Made by a program: the position numbers and the translations under genes. The notes under the pieces were generated by a model. That model did not search any database, was not told the DNA's origin, and was given only the letters and a program-made list of their open reading frames with translations. From Rubripirellula sp. (GTDB lineage Bacteria > Planctomycetota > Planctomycetia > Pirellulales > Pirellulaceae), in the NCBI GenBank assembly GCA_965216875.1, contig OZ244207.1, positions 6,240,001 through 6,304,000 on the forward strand: 64,000 nt of DNA, written 5' to 3'. Shown here piece by piece: positions 53,710 through 64,000 of this stretch (positions are counted from its first letter, which is position 1; each line of letters opens with the position of its first letter).

Positions 53710-54385
53710 GGGGTACTCCTTCAACCATGCGACCGGCATCCAAAAGGATTTGCCGCGAGGTTAGTCGATCGCGTTGGCTTTCATCATGACTGACGAGAAG
53801 GAGCGCGCGTCCGCCAGGGTTGTGCCAATCCATGACGACTTGCTCGAACCGGAGCGTCGTTTCGGGATCCAAAGATGCTGTTGGCTCATCGAGCAGCAGC
53901 ACCGAAGGATCAACAAGGATCGCGCGAACCAGTGCAACCAATTGACCTTCGCCGCCGCTAAGTTGTTCGGCCGATTGGTCCAAGAACGCCGGTTGCTTTC
54001 CGAGCTGGTCAAGCAATTGAATGCCGCGCGTCTCGTCGTATTTCGGCGAAGTTTCGCCCGCAGCGATTTGCAATTCAAACGGCAATTTCAAATTGTCGCG
54101 AACCGTCCCCGACACGACCGCAGAACGCTGAGCGAGATAGACCACTTGTCGGCGATAGCGAATGATGTTTTCGGCCGAAACCAAGGCGCCATTCCAGTGA
54201 ACGTCGCCTTCGATTGGATCGAGCATTGCGATCGCTCGAAGCAACGTCGACTTGCCTGATCCGATCGGGCCCACAATGGCCAATCGGTCACCCGCGTCAA
54301 TCGTCAACTGGGAAAGCTCCAGTAACACCTGGTCAGCATCGATGCGACGAACGAGATTCGATAATGTGAGGATCGGCGACGGCAT
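53702..54385 (-). CDS. fetA: FetA/YbbL-like ABC ATP-binding protein
   Basis: GPIGSGKS, LSGGE, LLLDEPT, SH; overlaps the permease start. Confidence 0.88.
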   Translation of the reverse strand: MPSPILTLSNLVRRIDADQVLLELSQLTIDAGDRLAIVGPIGSGKSTLLRAIAMLDPIEGDVHWNGALVSAENIIRYRRQVVYLAQRSAVVSGTVRDNLKLPFELQIAAGETSPKYDETRGIQLLDQLGKQPAFLDQSAEQLSGGEGQLVALVRAILVDPSVLLLDEPTASLDPETTLRFEQVVMDWHNPGGRALLLVSHDESQRDRLTSRQILLDAGRMVEGVPHA

Positions 54386-54410
54386 GTTGGATTGGTTGGA
54401 CCGACCAAGT

Positions 54411-56909
54411 TTAGTTTCTTGGTTTCAGGCCATTGTGTGTTGCCGTCGCCGCCGTTGGATCTTCGGGCCAATGGTGTTTGGGATAGCGACGGCGAAGGTC
54501 TTTGCGGACTTGAATGTAGGTCGAACTCCAAAAGTTCTGCAAGTCTTCGGTAATCTGCTGAGCGCGATAGTTTGGTCCGAGCAGATGCAATTGAACAGGG
54601 ACGCGGCCACCGGCAATGCGAGGGTTTTCGTTCCAACCAAACAATTCTTGAATCCGCACTTCCATGATTGGGGGTTTTCCATCCGCGTATTGCAGGCGGA
54701 TGGAATTCCCACTGGGGACACGCATCTTTTCGGGGGCGAGTCGATCGATCGTCTGCAACGTTTCGTAGTCATAGCCAGATCGGATGTGGTCCAGCCACGG
54801 CGCTTTTCGAAGCTGGGCGAACGATGTGCGCGACTGGCACAACGCGACAAGGGCGTCGTCAACAAGCTGTTGGGTTGATGGTAATTCGAGCTCCGTCATT
54901 ACCGCTGACAAAAAGCGAACGCGTTGAATGAATCCCTCGAGCTGTTGGTCGTCACTCGGAAAGACTTGATCCATCTGCTGTTTTGCGGCTTCGACCAGCA
55001 TCTCAGCAATCTCGCCACCAGGAGCGCACCGGATCGGTGTTTCTGAAAGCAACAGATCATCGTAGTAGGTGCGGTGCCGCGCGATCACACTTTGCGATTC
55101 GGGCTGAAAAATCGGCTCGTCGACTTCTCGTATGAGACCCTCGTCAAGCCAATGACGCTCAACCGCTGTGGCCAAGCGAACGCGAGCATCGGTATCCCCC
55201 GAGTCCACATCGACGCAAACGAAGAGTTCCGAGTCGCGGACAGACGAATTGCGATCGATTCGGACACCGCGACCGCCAACCATCACTCCCTTGTCACTGG
55301 ATGGTTCGCGTCGGCGTGCGACTCGATCGGGAAAGGCAGACAACAATGCGCGCGATAGTTTCGCACCATGATCCACGCCTTTTGCGTTGATGCTACGTAA
55401 GAGTTGATCGGCCACGCGACGAATCTGTTTCGCGAATGCGGGTTCGATGTCGCCACCGCGATCGCCTTCAAAGAACGCCTTCAAGCGGTCGACGCGATCG
55501 GAAACATCGCATGCTGACAAGGTTTGACTGTCCCGTCGCCGATCTCTTCGAAACGGCGATCGTTCGGTGAGCAACGCTGCTGCGATTGCAGCGTCATCGA
55601 CGATTCCTTGGTCAGCGGCCGAAAGCAGGAACCGGGCAACACGCGGATGAACGGGAATCGAGAGCATCGATCGCCCTAGCTCGGTTACCGAACGCTCCGA
55701 ATCAATGGCGTGCAGTTGTTGCAGTAGCTTGGTCGCCCGATCAACCGCCGAGACTCGTGGTGCCGTCAACCACGGGAAATCGCTGATGTCACGCTCGCCC
55801 CAAGCGAACAGACGCAGTGCAGCAGCGCAAAAATCGGCTCTCTCAATCTCGGCTGTGTCTCGTTCGGGCCGCGAACGATGCACATTGGCCGGCCATAGTC
55901 GAAGGCAACGACCGGCCTGCGTCCGTCCAGCGCGCCCCGCACGCTGCTCGGCGGATGCCTGCGAAATACTCTCGAGTGAAAGTTTCGGCAAGCCGACCGA
56001 CGCATCAAAACGCAGGACGCGCGCGAGCCCGCTGTCGATGACACCCGTCACGCCTTCGATCGTGACCGACGTTTCCGCGACATTGGTCGAAAGAATGATT
56101 TTGCGACGGTCGGACGGTCCGAGCACGTCGTCTTGATCCTTAGGGGAAAGGTCCCCATACAAGTCATGGACATCAAAGTCGTCTCCGAGTGCGGACTCGA
56201 CAATCGCGTGTGTGCGTCGAATCTCACCCACACCGGGAAGGAAACCGAGGAGGTGCCCGGACGTTTTTTCGGCAAGTTCGCGAATTGCATCGAGCATCCT
56301 TTGCTCGAGTGGCGCGTCGCTGTGATGGGCGACGTGAGCAATGTCGACGGGATAGGAACGTCCTTCACTCATCACCGCTTCGGCATCACCAAGAAAATCA
56401 ACGATCGGCCCAGGATCGAGCGTCGCGGACATCACGATCAGGTTGAGCTCAGGTCGCACGGTCGTGCGAATTCGATGGACCATGCCGAGCAGAAGATCCA
56501 TCTCGAGCGAACGTTCATGGAATTCATCCAACACGACGCAGGAAACGTCTTCCAAGAAAGGATCGGATTGCAACTGACGCAGCGCGATGCCCGGTGTGAC
56601 CACAAGAATCCGCGTCGACTTGCTTGATCGACGATCAAAACGAACTTGGTAGCCAACTTCGTCCCCCAGTTTGCAGTTCACCAGAGAAGCAAGCCGAGAC
56701 GCGGCACTACGCGCGGCAAGACGCCGCGGCTGAATCAACAGAATCTTGCCAGCTGGGGTGTCGGCAAACAGCGCGGGCGGAACACCCGTGGTTTTTCCCG
56801 CACCCGGCGGCGCCTTGAGAACCACGGGAACGTTCCGCGCGACCGCATCAACGATCTGCGTCAGACATTCGTTGATGGGCAGATCGTCTTGATACGATGC
56901 CGTCGCCAA
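54411..56909 (-). CDS. hrpB: ATP-dependent RNA helicase HrpB
   Basis: APPGAGKTT, DEFHER, MSAT, TNVAETSVTI, QRAGRAGR, YPKHHWPEDP. Confidence 0.96.
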   Translation of the reverse strand: MATASYQDDLPINECLTQIVDAVARNVPVVLKAPPGAGKTTGVPPALFADTPAGKILLIQPRRLAARSAASRLASLVNCKLGDEVGYQVRFDRRSSKSTRILVVTPGIALRQLQSDPFLEDVSCVVLDEFHERSLEMDLLLGMVHRIRTTVRPELNLIVMSATLDPGPIVDFLGDAEAVMSEGRSYPVDIAHVAHHSDAPLEQRMLDAIRELAEKTSGHLLGFLPGVGEIRRTHAIVESALGDDFDVHDLYGDLSPKDQDDVLGPSDRRKIILSTNVAETSVTIEGVTGVIDSGLARVLRFDASVGLPKLSLESISQASAEQRAGRAGRTQAGRCLRLWPANVHRSRPERDTAEIERADFCAAALRLFAWGERDISDFPWLTAPRVSAVDRATKLLQQLHAIDSERSVTELGRSMLSIPVHPRVARFLLSAADQGIVDDAAIAAALLTERSPFRRDRRRDSQTLSACDVSDRVDRLKAFFEGDRGGDIEPAFAKQIRRVADQLLRSINAKGVDHGAKLSRALLSAFPDRVARRREPSSDKGVMVGGRGVRIDRNSSVRDSELFVCVDVDSGDTDARVRLATAVERHWLDEGLIREVDEPIFQPESQSVIARHRTYYDDLLLSETPIRCAPGGEIAEMLVEAAKQQMDQVFPSDDQQLEGFIQRVRFLSAVMTELELPSTQQLVDDALVALCQSRTSFAQLRKAPWLDHIRSGYDYETLQTIDRLAPEKMRVPSGNSIRLQYADGKPPIMEVRIQELFGWNENPRIAGGRVPVQLHLLGPNYRAQQITEDLQNFWSSTYIQVRKDLRRRYPKHHWPEDPTAATATHNGLKPRN

Positions 56910-56980
56910 AGGATAGAGCTAGTTTGGTTTTGAATTCCGTCTTTGGATCGGACTCGCCACAGCGCGTCCTGCACAGAGTC

Positions 56981-58276
56981 TTATTGCAGGTGGATATCGG
57001 CAAAGTCGAGATACTGCGTCCAGTCATAAGAGGTCACGCTATGCTTGCCAGTTCGCAAGTGGTAACCGATTTTTCCGGTCTTGATCGCATTGTCGGGTGC
57101 TGGCATCTCTGGAGGCGCGGATCCACCGAAGCCAACCGTACCAAGCAATCGATAAACCGGATCGGCGTGGACGGCTGACAAGAATTCACCCTTGGGATCT
57201 GCCCAGCGATCTTCGGTCGCGCTCGCGATGTAGACGGCGCGGGGTGCGATCAACGCGATGAGCTGGTGTTGGTCGACGGGGCATTCGTCTTCGTTGAGGT
57301 TGTATTGAAGGTAGTTGTCACAGAACCAGTGCGGGAAAACGGTGTTGATGCGGCCAACCGTTTCGCCGATCGCACGGCGACTTAACGCTGCGCCGCCACA
57401 ACCCGAGTTGTTACTGATGACAAGTTTGAACCGTGTGTCGGTCGCGCCCGTCCAGAGGGAAGTTTTTCCAAGCCGCGAGTGACCCATCACCGCAAGTCGA
57501 TCGGAATCGATCCATTGGTCCGTTTCCAAGTAGTCGACGACCCGGCTGACCCCGTAGGCCCATCCTGCAATGCTGCCCCACTTTTCCCCGGAAGGGATCT
57601 TGGCTTTAGCGACATCGGCCTTCAGTGCGCCGTGCACACCATTTTCGAAACCATCATCGAAATCGGGATCGATATCGCCGTAGTAGATCGTTACCAGCGC
57701 GTAGCCTCGATCAATGATCATCTCGATAGGCCATCGACTTGAAGCAACACCTCGAGCCTTTTCCGTTGCACGGTTGTTTTGGGTCGTTTCCTTCTTCGGT
57801 CGCATCCAGCTTTCGTTCAATGAGATCGAAGGGTCTGGATCAACGCTGTGATTGCCTTGAAAGTTCAACGTGACAAAGGCTGGCGCGGGCTTTGCCGAAG
57901 TGGGCGTGTAGATCAGCACCCGAATCGATAACGCATCGTCTCCCAAAATGACATCGACTTCTCGTCGCGTTGCCTTGCCACCGAAGACCTTCGTCTGGCT
58001 AACTTCTTGATGACGAACATCGCAGGGCTCAGGAGCTCGACCATAGACCTGTGCAGCGAACAGGTCGAGGATCTCGGGTCGTCGAACTTCGAACCACGTT
58101 TTGGCGTCGGTGACGGAATCTCCTTTTTCGGTCACCAGTGGATCGGGCAACGTGAACGAAGGAATCTTGGATTCGTCATAGTTCGCGACAAACTTTTGAG
58201 CCTGCGAGATTGAGGCGAACTGCGACACGGACAAGAACAAACCGAACAAGGTTGCAGAGAGAATCAGTCGCGACAT
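56981..58276 (-). CDS. CE15-like (glucuronoyl esterase / acetylxylan esterase-like) alpha/beta hydrolase, secreted
   Basis: NYDESKI, GHSRLGK nucleophile motif, PHWF, DQHQLIALIAPR, WADPKGE, GKH. Confidence 0.85.
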   Translation of the reverse strand: MSRLILSATLFGLFLSVSQFASISQAQKFVANYDESKIPSFTLPDPLVTEKGDSVTDAKTWFEVRRPEILDLFAAQVYGRAPEPCDVRHQEVSQTKVFGGKATRREVDVILGDDALSIRVLIYTPTSAKPAPAFVTLNFQGNHSVDPDPSISLNESWMRPKKETTQNNRATEKARGVASSRWPIEMIIDRGYALVTIYYGDIDPDFDDGFENGVHGALKADVAKAKIPSGEKWGSIAGWAYGVSRVVDYLETDQWIDSDRLAVMGHSRLGKTSLWTGATDTRFKLVISNNSGCGGAALSRRAIGETVGRINTVFPHWFCDNYLQYNLNEDECPVDQHQLIALIAPRAVYIASATEDRWADPKGEFLSAVHADPVYRLLGTVGFGGSAPPEMPAPDNAIKTGKIGYHLRTGKHSVTSYDWTQYLDFADIHLQ

Positions 58277-58435
58277 GAGTGTGAACCCCGGGGGAAGTGA
58301 GTCGACGGGAGCGGGCGGGACGATTCGACCCATGACCTTGGTCGCATCGCGAAAAGCAGCATAAGAGCCGCTAGAGGCGAGTGCCAGTCTTTCCCCCGAT
58401 GAGACTCTCAATCATTTCTGATTTGTGCAGTGACG

Positions 58436-58957
58436 CTAGGCGGGTCCAAGACCAACTGCACGTCGCCAGGCACTCATTTGTCCCATGTGCAGCATGAAGT
58501 GACCACCGACATAGAAACCCAACATCGCGCCGGTGGTTGGGAATTTTGCTTTGGCGGCTTCGTTGGCGTTGGCCGTCAAGAAGACATCGTCCGGAGCGGC
58601 TTCCAACGCATCAGCCGCCGCGCGATGCCCGTCAAGCAGCGCCGCGGTGACCTCGTCCATCGAGGGATAGATCGAGCCATCGGGGTCGTCGACGCATTTC
58701 GCATCTTTGGAAAAGACTTTGATCCAATTTTCTGCTGGTTCAAACGCGCTGGCGTCGCCACCGACTTCACTGATCACTCGGCTCGAATAAAGACTCAGAT
58801 GGCCGTAGATGAAGGCGGGGTGGTTCGATTCAATCACCGTGTCGCCAATCGTCGCAAAGCGAGCGAATTGGTCTGGTTTGACATCTGAAAGAAGACGTTC
58901 CGCATACCCTAACCCGAGTCGGGCGGAAGCAGCGATGATGGGTCCGATGTTCGACAC
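58436..58957 (-). CDS. DinB/YfiT-like protein
   Basis: NHPAFIYGHL and HFMLHMGQMSAWRR His motifs; GTG start behind AAGGA. Confidence 0.8.
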   Translation of the reverse strand: MSNIGPIIAASARLGLGYAERLLSDVKPDQFARFATIGDTVIESNHPAFIYGHLSLYSSRVISEVGGDASAFEPAENWIKVFSKDAKCVDDPDGSIYPSMDEVTAALLDGHRAAADALEAAPDDVFLTANANEAAKAKFPTTGAMLGFYVGGHFMLHMGQMSAWRRAVGLGPA

Positions 58958-59069
58958 GATGGATTCCTTGGTCGTGGGAAATAGAGTCGCCTTAACGTGC
59001 AAGCCATGATTACAGCGACTGTTCGGACCGATGTCCATCGGCGTCGAATCGAGGTGTGATTCGTTCAAC

Positions 59070-59102
59070 AAAAAACGCTCCCGCACATCAGTGCGAGAGC
59101 GT
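59070..59102 (-). terminator. Intrinsic terminator after the oxidoreductase gene
   Basis: Minus strand ACGCTCTCGCAC-TGAT-GTGCGGGAGCGT followed by a T run. Confidence 0.8.
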
Positions 59103-59138
59103 CATCGTTTTCAACATTGAATCGGTCAAGCCGCTGAA

Positions 59139-60440
59139 TTACGCGTACGGGTTGTACTTTCCTGGGACAGGAACAGGGTACTTTCCGTCAGCACCCGGCT
59201 GTGTCGGTGGAATGGTATCGATCGTGTAGTCGTCGATTCCAGGAGCGAGTTCCGTTCCTTTCGCGAGCAAATCGTCCCACTTCAAGATCTTGCCCGAGTA
59301 GCAAGCTTCGCGGCCAAGGATGGCGGTGAAGGTCGACTTCGCGCCGTATTCACCTTCGTTGTAGATCTCGCCACGCATCAGAGCTTCGATCATGTCGTGT
59401 TGCTCTTGTTGGTGACCGTTGGGCTTTTTGCCGTCGAAGGCCCAGGCATTGGGACCATCGATTCGACCGCTTGGGTCGGCAGTTCCCTTGGTGCCATGAA
59501 CGGCCTCGCCAACGTGGTTCCAAACATTCTTTGCGTGACGACCTTGGCTGAACATCTTGGTGCCGTCAGCAAAGGTGTACTCACAGAACGTGTGGTCAAA
59601 AATCTGGCTCTTGGTGGCGTCGCCATCCATTCGCAGTTCGCGACCGCCCATGCCGTTGCATTCGACCGGGTACTCGCCTTTGACCCAGCATCCAACATCG
59701 AGGTTGTGGATGTGCTGTTCACAGATTTGGTCGCCCGACAACCAGTTGAAGTGATACCAGTTGTGGACTTGGAAAGCCATTTCGGTGTGTTCTGGTTGAC
59801 GGTTGCGATACCAGATACCACCACCGTTCCAGTAGACGCGTTGGCAGATGACGTCGCCGATCGCACCTTCGTGAATTCGCTTGATGGTTTCCATGTAGCG
59901 AGGCTCGTGGCGGCGCTGCAGACCGATGGCAACCATCAGGTTCTTCTTCTTCGATTCTTCAACCGAAGCGAGCACGCGGCGAACACCGGTTGAATCGGAA
60001 GCAACTGGCTTCTCCATGAAGATGTGCTTGCCTTTGTTGACCGCGTATTCGAACTGTTGAGGTTTGAATCCGGGTGGCGTGGCGATGATCACCAGGTCGA
60101 CGTCCGAATCGATGACTTGCTTGTAGCCATCCAAGCCGCCAAAGAAACGTTCGGTGGGAACGTCAACCTTTTCCTTGAACTTGTTTTGCAGGCCCTTCAG
60201 CTTCAGACCAGCGATCGATGGAAAGGGGTCGGCAACGGCAACCAATTTGGTGTTGCCTTTGGTGCTCATGATTTGACCGGCGGCGGACGAACCACGTCCA
60301 CCACATCCAATCAGGCCAAAGCGAATCGTGTCGCTTCCTTGTGCGTGAGCTGTTCGTGCGATTGTGCTGGTCAGGGCAGCACCAGCGGCTGCTGCGGTGG
60401 TTGATTTCAGGAAGCTACGACGATTTGAGTCGCTTGGCAT
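59139..60440 (-). CDS. Gfo/Idh/MocA family oxidoreductase with a Tat signal
   Basis: NRRSFLK, GLIGCGGRG, IATPP, MEKPV, EQHIHNLD. Confidence 0.92.
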   Translation of the reverse strand: MPSDSNRRSFLKSTTAAAAGAALTSTIARTAHAQGSDTIRFGLIGCGGRGSSAAGQIMSTKGNTKLVAVADPFPSIAGLKLKGLQNKFKEKVDVPTERFFGGLDGYKQVIDSDVDLVIIATPPGFKPQQFEYAVNKGKHIFMEKPVASDSTGVRRVLASVEESKKKNLMVAIGLQRRHEPRYMETIKRIHEGAIGDVICQRVYWNGGGIWYRNRQPEHTEMAFQVHNWYHFNWLSGDQICEQHIHNLDVGCWVKGEYPVECNGMGGRELRMDGDATKSQIFDHTFCEYTFADGTKMFSQGRHAKNVWNHVGEAVHGTKGTADPSGRIDGPNAWAFDGKKPNGHQQEQHDMIEALMRGEIYNEGEYGAKSTFTAILGREACYSGKILKWDDLLAKGTELAPGIDDYTIDTIPPTQPGADGKYPVPVPGKYNPYA

Positions 60441-60626
60441 CACTGGGATCCTCTATTCGGGGGTTATCTCTAAGAGTTGGACTACTTGGGGAAAGACCGA
60501 ATTGTAAACGCAATACGGCAAAAGTGGAGCGGACAAGGCCCTTGTGGCGTCAATTTGCCGTTTTCACGACGTTTTGACGCGCTCCAAATCCTGCGATCCC
60601 CCTCATCCAGCGGGATCAAGACGGTT

Positions 60627-61478
60627 TTAAGGGCCAGGTTTTAGGGGCCAGTTGTCGTCGACGACAATCAACCTCTCGGACTCTCTTCCCTCACTATCTA
60701 ACACCGCAACCATCGAAGCTGATCGGATCGATCCAGGCCTGGCCGGCGACATCGCGTCGATCAATTGCTTGAAGGTTAATGGACGATGGCCCGCGGCGGT
60801 CAACCAAAAGGGTTTGGCAAGCAGCTCAAACCGCGGCGATTCCTCGTCGCCGTCTAACAGCGACAATTCACTTTTGTGCAACCATCGCCCGCCAAGGTGC
60901 TGGCTTGAAGTCATTGCCGGAAGTTTGGCCTTGGTGGTGTGGCCGAACGGTACAAACAGCCTCCCCTTCACCAGCGCCGCTCGTTTGGTTGGCTGAGGGA
61001 ATCGTTTTTCACAAAGCCGCAATTGGTGATTGAAGAGTCGCTCGAGTTTCAGATCCAGACGGTCCTTCGCATTGGGCCCAACCCAAAGGTCGCATTGAGG
61101 ACGCGTTGGCTTAGGTTGAAGAAAGAACTTGACCGCCGTCTCAAGGTGGACGAACTCACCCTCTTCGTCTTCGAACAAAAAATCAATTTCGCCGACCGTC
61201 TTACCTGAACGTATGACTTGATGCTGATGAGCGATCAGCTTGACCGATCGAATCCGCGTCAGCCAATACAGCACCAGGGATTCGAAGTACCTGCCGACGC
61301 GATAGCAGAGACGATCTTGGATGAACTTGCCGAGGTCGGCTCGATCGATGACATCGGGGTCGATCGAGAACGGATCGCTGGCGTCGCAGGTGATCAACGA
61401 GTTGCTGTTAATCGCCCAGGCGAGATCCGCGGCCAATTGATCACGGCGGTCGTCGTCCATGATCACGCTGTGAGACAT
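60627..61478 (-). CDS. DUF1853 family protein (PD-(D/E)XK-like)
   Basis: RVGRYFE, TVGEIDFL, HLETAVKFFL, GPNAKDRLDLK, HQL; start trimmed to avoid overlap with the divergent kinase. Confidence 0.82.
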   Translation of the reverse strand: MSHSVIMDDDRRDQLAADLAWAINSNSLITCDASDPFSIDPDVIDRADLGKFIQDRLCYRVGRYFESLVLYWLTRIRSVKLIAHQHQVIRSGKTVGEIDFLFEDEEGEFVHLETAVKFFLQPKPTRPQCDLWVGPNAKDRLDLKLERLFNHQLRLCEKRFPQPTKRAALVKGRLFVPFGHTTKAKLPAMTSSQHLGGRWLHKSELSLLDGDEESPRFELLAKPFWLTAAGHRPLTFKQLIDAMSPARPGSIRSASMVAVLDSEGRESERLIVVDDNWPLKPGP

Positions 61479-61544
61479 CTGCGATAGGTAGGTCGGTACA
61501 ATGAATCTTCCATCGCTTGTATTGGCTGGTATCGGGAGTGGGTC

Positions 61545-64000
61545 ATGTTGAATTGGTTGTCTTATCCCTTCGATACCGAAGGATTCCCGCCACGTTGGCA
61601 TTGTGGCGAAGCCTGGCAGGAAGAGCCGTACATCGGATGGCTTCACATCATAAGTGATCTGGCGACGTTCGCCTCGTACTACGCAGTGCCTTGCGTCGTT
61701 GCTTGGTTTGTGATGGGAAAGCCCGAGCGCAAGTTCCCGCCGATCTTTTGGATCTTTTTCGGTCTGGTTTTTTTCTCTTGCGGTAGCGTCCACCTGATCG
61801 AAGCGGGGATCTTTTGGTGGCCGATGTACCGAATGTCGGCGATGCTCAAGCTCGTCACTGCCGTTGTATCGACCATAGGTGTGGTGGTGCTGGCGAGATC
61901 TTTGCCGCGCGCACTCGACTTAAAGACTCCCGAAGAGCTACAGGCCGAGATTGAAGAGCGGCGCGAAGCGGAAGCCAAGCTCGACTTTGAAAAGAACCTG
62001 CTTCACACGTTGATGAATCATCTTCCTGACGCGATCTATTTCAAAGATGCTGATGGAAAGTATTTGCGGGTCAGCCGAGCATTGGCGGACAAGTTGCAAC
62101 TCGATGACGTCGCCGCAGCAACCGGAAAATGCGAATCCGATTTCCTGCAGCCCGAGCTAGCGCAAAAGTTTGTCGAGAGTGACCGCAGGGTCATGATGAC
62201 TGGCGAAACCATCGAAGGTCAGGTTGAACGAGAACCGTGGCGGCGCGGCAATCAAGAACGATGGATCTCGACGACTCGCGTTCCCCTTCGTGATTCAAGC
62301 GGCGAACGTATTGGCACGTTTGGCATTTCTCATGATGTGACCAACATCAAGAACGCAGAAGAACGGCTGACGCGTCTGGCCCAGCAACTTGCACTTCCCC
62401 GTGACGGGGCATCCGAAAAACCGATGCCATTGCACCTGGCCAACTTTGGCCTGCGAGACATGATCTCGTGCGGCAGCGATATCCGCGGGATGGCGATCGG
62501 TCACGAAACACGGCGCGGACTTGATACAGCACTTTCGGAATACTTGTATCAACGCATGAAGGGCAGCGATCGGCAACCCGCGTTCGCATTGGTGCGTATG
62601 TTTCAATCAACCAAGTTTGGCGAGCTGGATGACGAACGCAAGGCCATTGCGACCCGGCTTGCTGGCGGCGCAGAACTCGACGACCAGACGCGGTGCCTGA
62701 CGTTGCAGGGAACGGCGGGGCTTGAGCCCGCGTGGAATGATCGCACGCGATCCAAGTCGCACCGAGTGATCCCGCTTCCCAGCGAGCAAGCGATCAACGA
62801 TCTACCAATGATCGCCCAGTTGCTACGTCAACTCGGATTCAACGTCGATGGTGTGCTTGAAGGACGTATTGAAGCTTCCAAGGACACACGAGCAAACGTC
62901 TTTCATATTGCCAAGGCCCGCGGCTGCGAGTTCATTCCGGATCAGGACGAATTTGTGATTCCGCACGGCATTGAATCGGTCGTTGGATTTGGTGACGTGT
63001 TGCCGAGCGGCGATTTCTTCGCCGTCATTTGTTTTTCGCGGATGCCGATCGATGCCCAGACGGCTGCACTGTTTTCTCACCTTTCCATCAGCACCAAGCT
63101 GGCCCTGCTCGCTCACGAACCGGCAGCCGAAAGAGTCGAGGCCCAGATCATTGCCGTCGATCAATTGATTCAGAATTACGAACATGTGGTGTGTCACCAA
63201 GAATCGAGCTTGCGAAACGCGATGGTCGAACTTGAACAGGCGCGTGATGTCGCCGATGAAGCGAACCGAGCGAAGAGCGAATTCTTGGCCAACATGAGCC
63301 ACGAAATCCGTACGCCAATGAACGCAATCATCGGGATGACCGAACTGGTACTCAGCAGTGATTTGCCCGATACCGAACGCGAATACTTGACGACAGTGCT
63401 TGAATCGAGCGAGTCGCTGCTAAACATCATCAACGAGATTCTCGATTTCTCGAAGATCGAAGCGGGTCGGGTAGAGTTGGATGAAGGCGAACATAACCTT
63501 CGAGATGAAGTCGCCGATATGGTCAAGTCGCTCGCCATTCGCGCGCATCGCAAACAGATCGAGCTGGCCTGCGAAATCGGCAACGATGTGCCCGATTGCG
63601 TTGTCGTTGATGCTGCAAAGTTACGACAGGTGATCCTGAATCTCGCCGGCAACGCGATCAAGTTCACCGAAGTTGGCGAAGTGGTTGTGTCGGTTCAATT
63701 GGAAGGTTTCGAAGGCGACCTGGCTCGGCTCAACTTTTGCGTCACCGATACCGGGATCGGCATCACCCCGCAGCAACAGGTGTCGATCTTCGACGCGTTT
63801 GCCCAGGGCGACGCTTCAACGACGCGACGCTTTGGCGGTACCGGATTGGGACTCTCCATCTCGGCCGATTTGGTTCGTCTGATGGGTGGCCAAATCGAAG
63901 TCAGTAGCCAAGTCGGAAGCGGAAGCACGTTTCGGTTTACGTTGCCACTAAGAGTCGGTGCGAAGAATCAAACTCCGGCGCATCCCGATGCCATCATCGA
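61545..64000 (+). CDS. Sensor histidine kinase (hybrid-type H-box), 3'-partial: ETR1-like ethylene-binding domain, PAS/PAC, GAF-like, HisKA, HATPase_c
   Basis: Translated by hand; absent from the ORF track because there is no stop in the window. [20 protein letters not shown]...CGSVH...[59 protein letters not shown]. Confidence 0.93.
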   Translation, partial: MLNWLSYPFDTEGFPPRWHCGEAWQEEPYIGWLHIISDLATFASYYAVPCVVAWFVMGKPERKFPPIFWIFFGLVFFSCGSVHLIEAGIFWWPMYRMSAMLKLVTAVVSTIGVVVLARSLPRALDLKTPEELQAEIEERREAEAKLDFEKNLLHTLMNHLPDAIYFKDADGKYLRVSRALADKLQLDDVAAATGKCESDFLQPELAQKFVESDRRVMMTGETIEGQVEREPWRRGNQERWISTTRVPLRDSSGERIGTFGISHDVTNIKNAEERLTRLAQQLALPRDGASEKPMPLHLANFGLRDMISCGSDIRGMAIGHETRRGLDTALSEYLYQRMKGSDRQPAFALVRMFQSTKFGELDDERKAIATRLAGGAELDDQTRCLTLQGTAGLEPAWNDRTRSKSHRVIPLPSEQAINDLPMIAQLLRQLGFNVDGVLEGRIEASKDTRANVFHIAKARGCEFIPDQDEFVIPHGIESVVGFGDVLPSGDFFAVICFSRMPIDAQTAALFSHLSISTKLALLAHEPAAERVEAQIIAVDQLIQNYEHVVCHQESSLRNAMVELEQARDVADEANRAKSEFLANMSHEIRTPMNAIIGMTELVLSSDLPDTEREYLTTVLESSESLLNIINEILDFSKIEAGRVELDEGEHNLRDEVADMVKSLAIRAHRKQIELACEIGNDVPDCVVVDAAKLRQVILNLAGNAIKFTEVGEVVVSVQLEGFEGDLARLNFCVTDTGIGITPQQQVSIFDAFAQGDASTTRRFGGTGLGLSISADLVRLMGGQIEVSSQVGSGSTFRFTLPLRVGAKNQTPAHPDAII

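Noticed and set aside
61479..61793. N-terminal extension of the DUF1853 ORF
   Set aside because: Overlaps the start of the divergent kinase, which has much stronger motif support.

Overview
Core-genome window of a planctomycete, most likely Pirellulaceae (inferred from the DUF1501 and DUF1549/DUF1553 genes, a Planctomycete-type ECF sigma factor, a sulfatase and a DWG-type Ser/Thr kinase). It holds about 46 CDSs: comEC, ccsA/hemX-hemA, scpB, a cysteine desulfurase-dnaA-(oriC-like spacer)-dnaN-DUF721-tag block, a sugar-kinase/pyrophosphorylase fusion with a GalU-like partner, cbiET, rhomboid, mnmA, frameshifted prfB, kptA, HIT, bioF, a 2123-aa secreted unknown, asnB, a type II glutamine synthetase, an SGNH+MBOAT pair, fetAB, hrpB, a CE15-like esterase and others. 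No rRNA, tRNA, CRISPR array or transposase was seen. At least seven families of REP-like palindromic repeats occupy the intergenic spaces. Main results of the hunt: (1) a right-edge hybrid histidine kinase, missing from the ORF track, whose N-terminus is a plant ETR1-type ethylene-binding domain with the Asp/Tyr/Pro/Cys/His/Lys signature, followed by a PAS domain and an unnamed GAF-like domain; (2) a strong in-frame internal ribosome-binding site in scpB that could yield a separate 130-aa Trp-punctuated acidic protein; (3) an atypical-codon gene lying between 36-nt direct repeats inside a split REP hairpin; (4) a fucokinase-like/UDP-sugar-pyrophosphorylase fusion coupled to a degenerate GalU; (5) DnaA boxes on both sides of a truncated dnaA. 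All assignments come from motifs read by eye; no database search was run.
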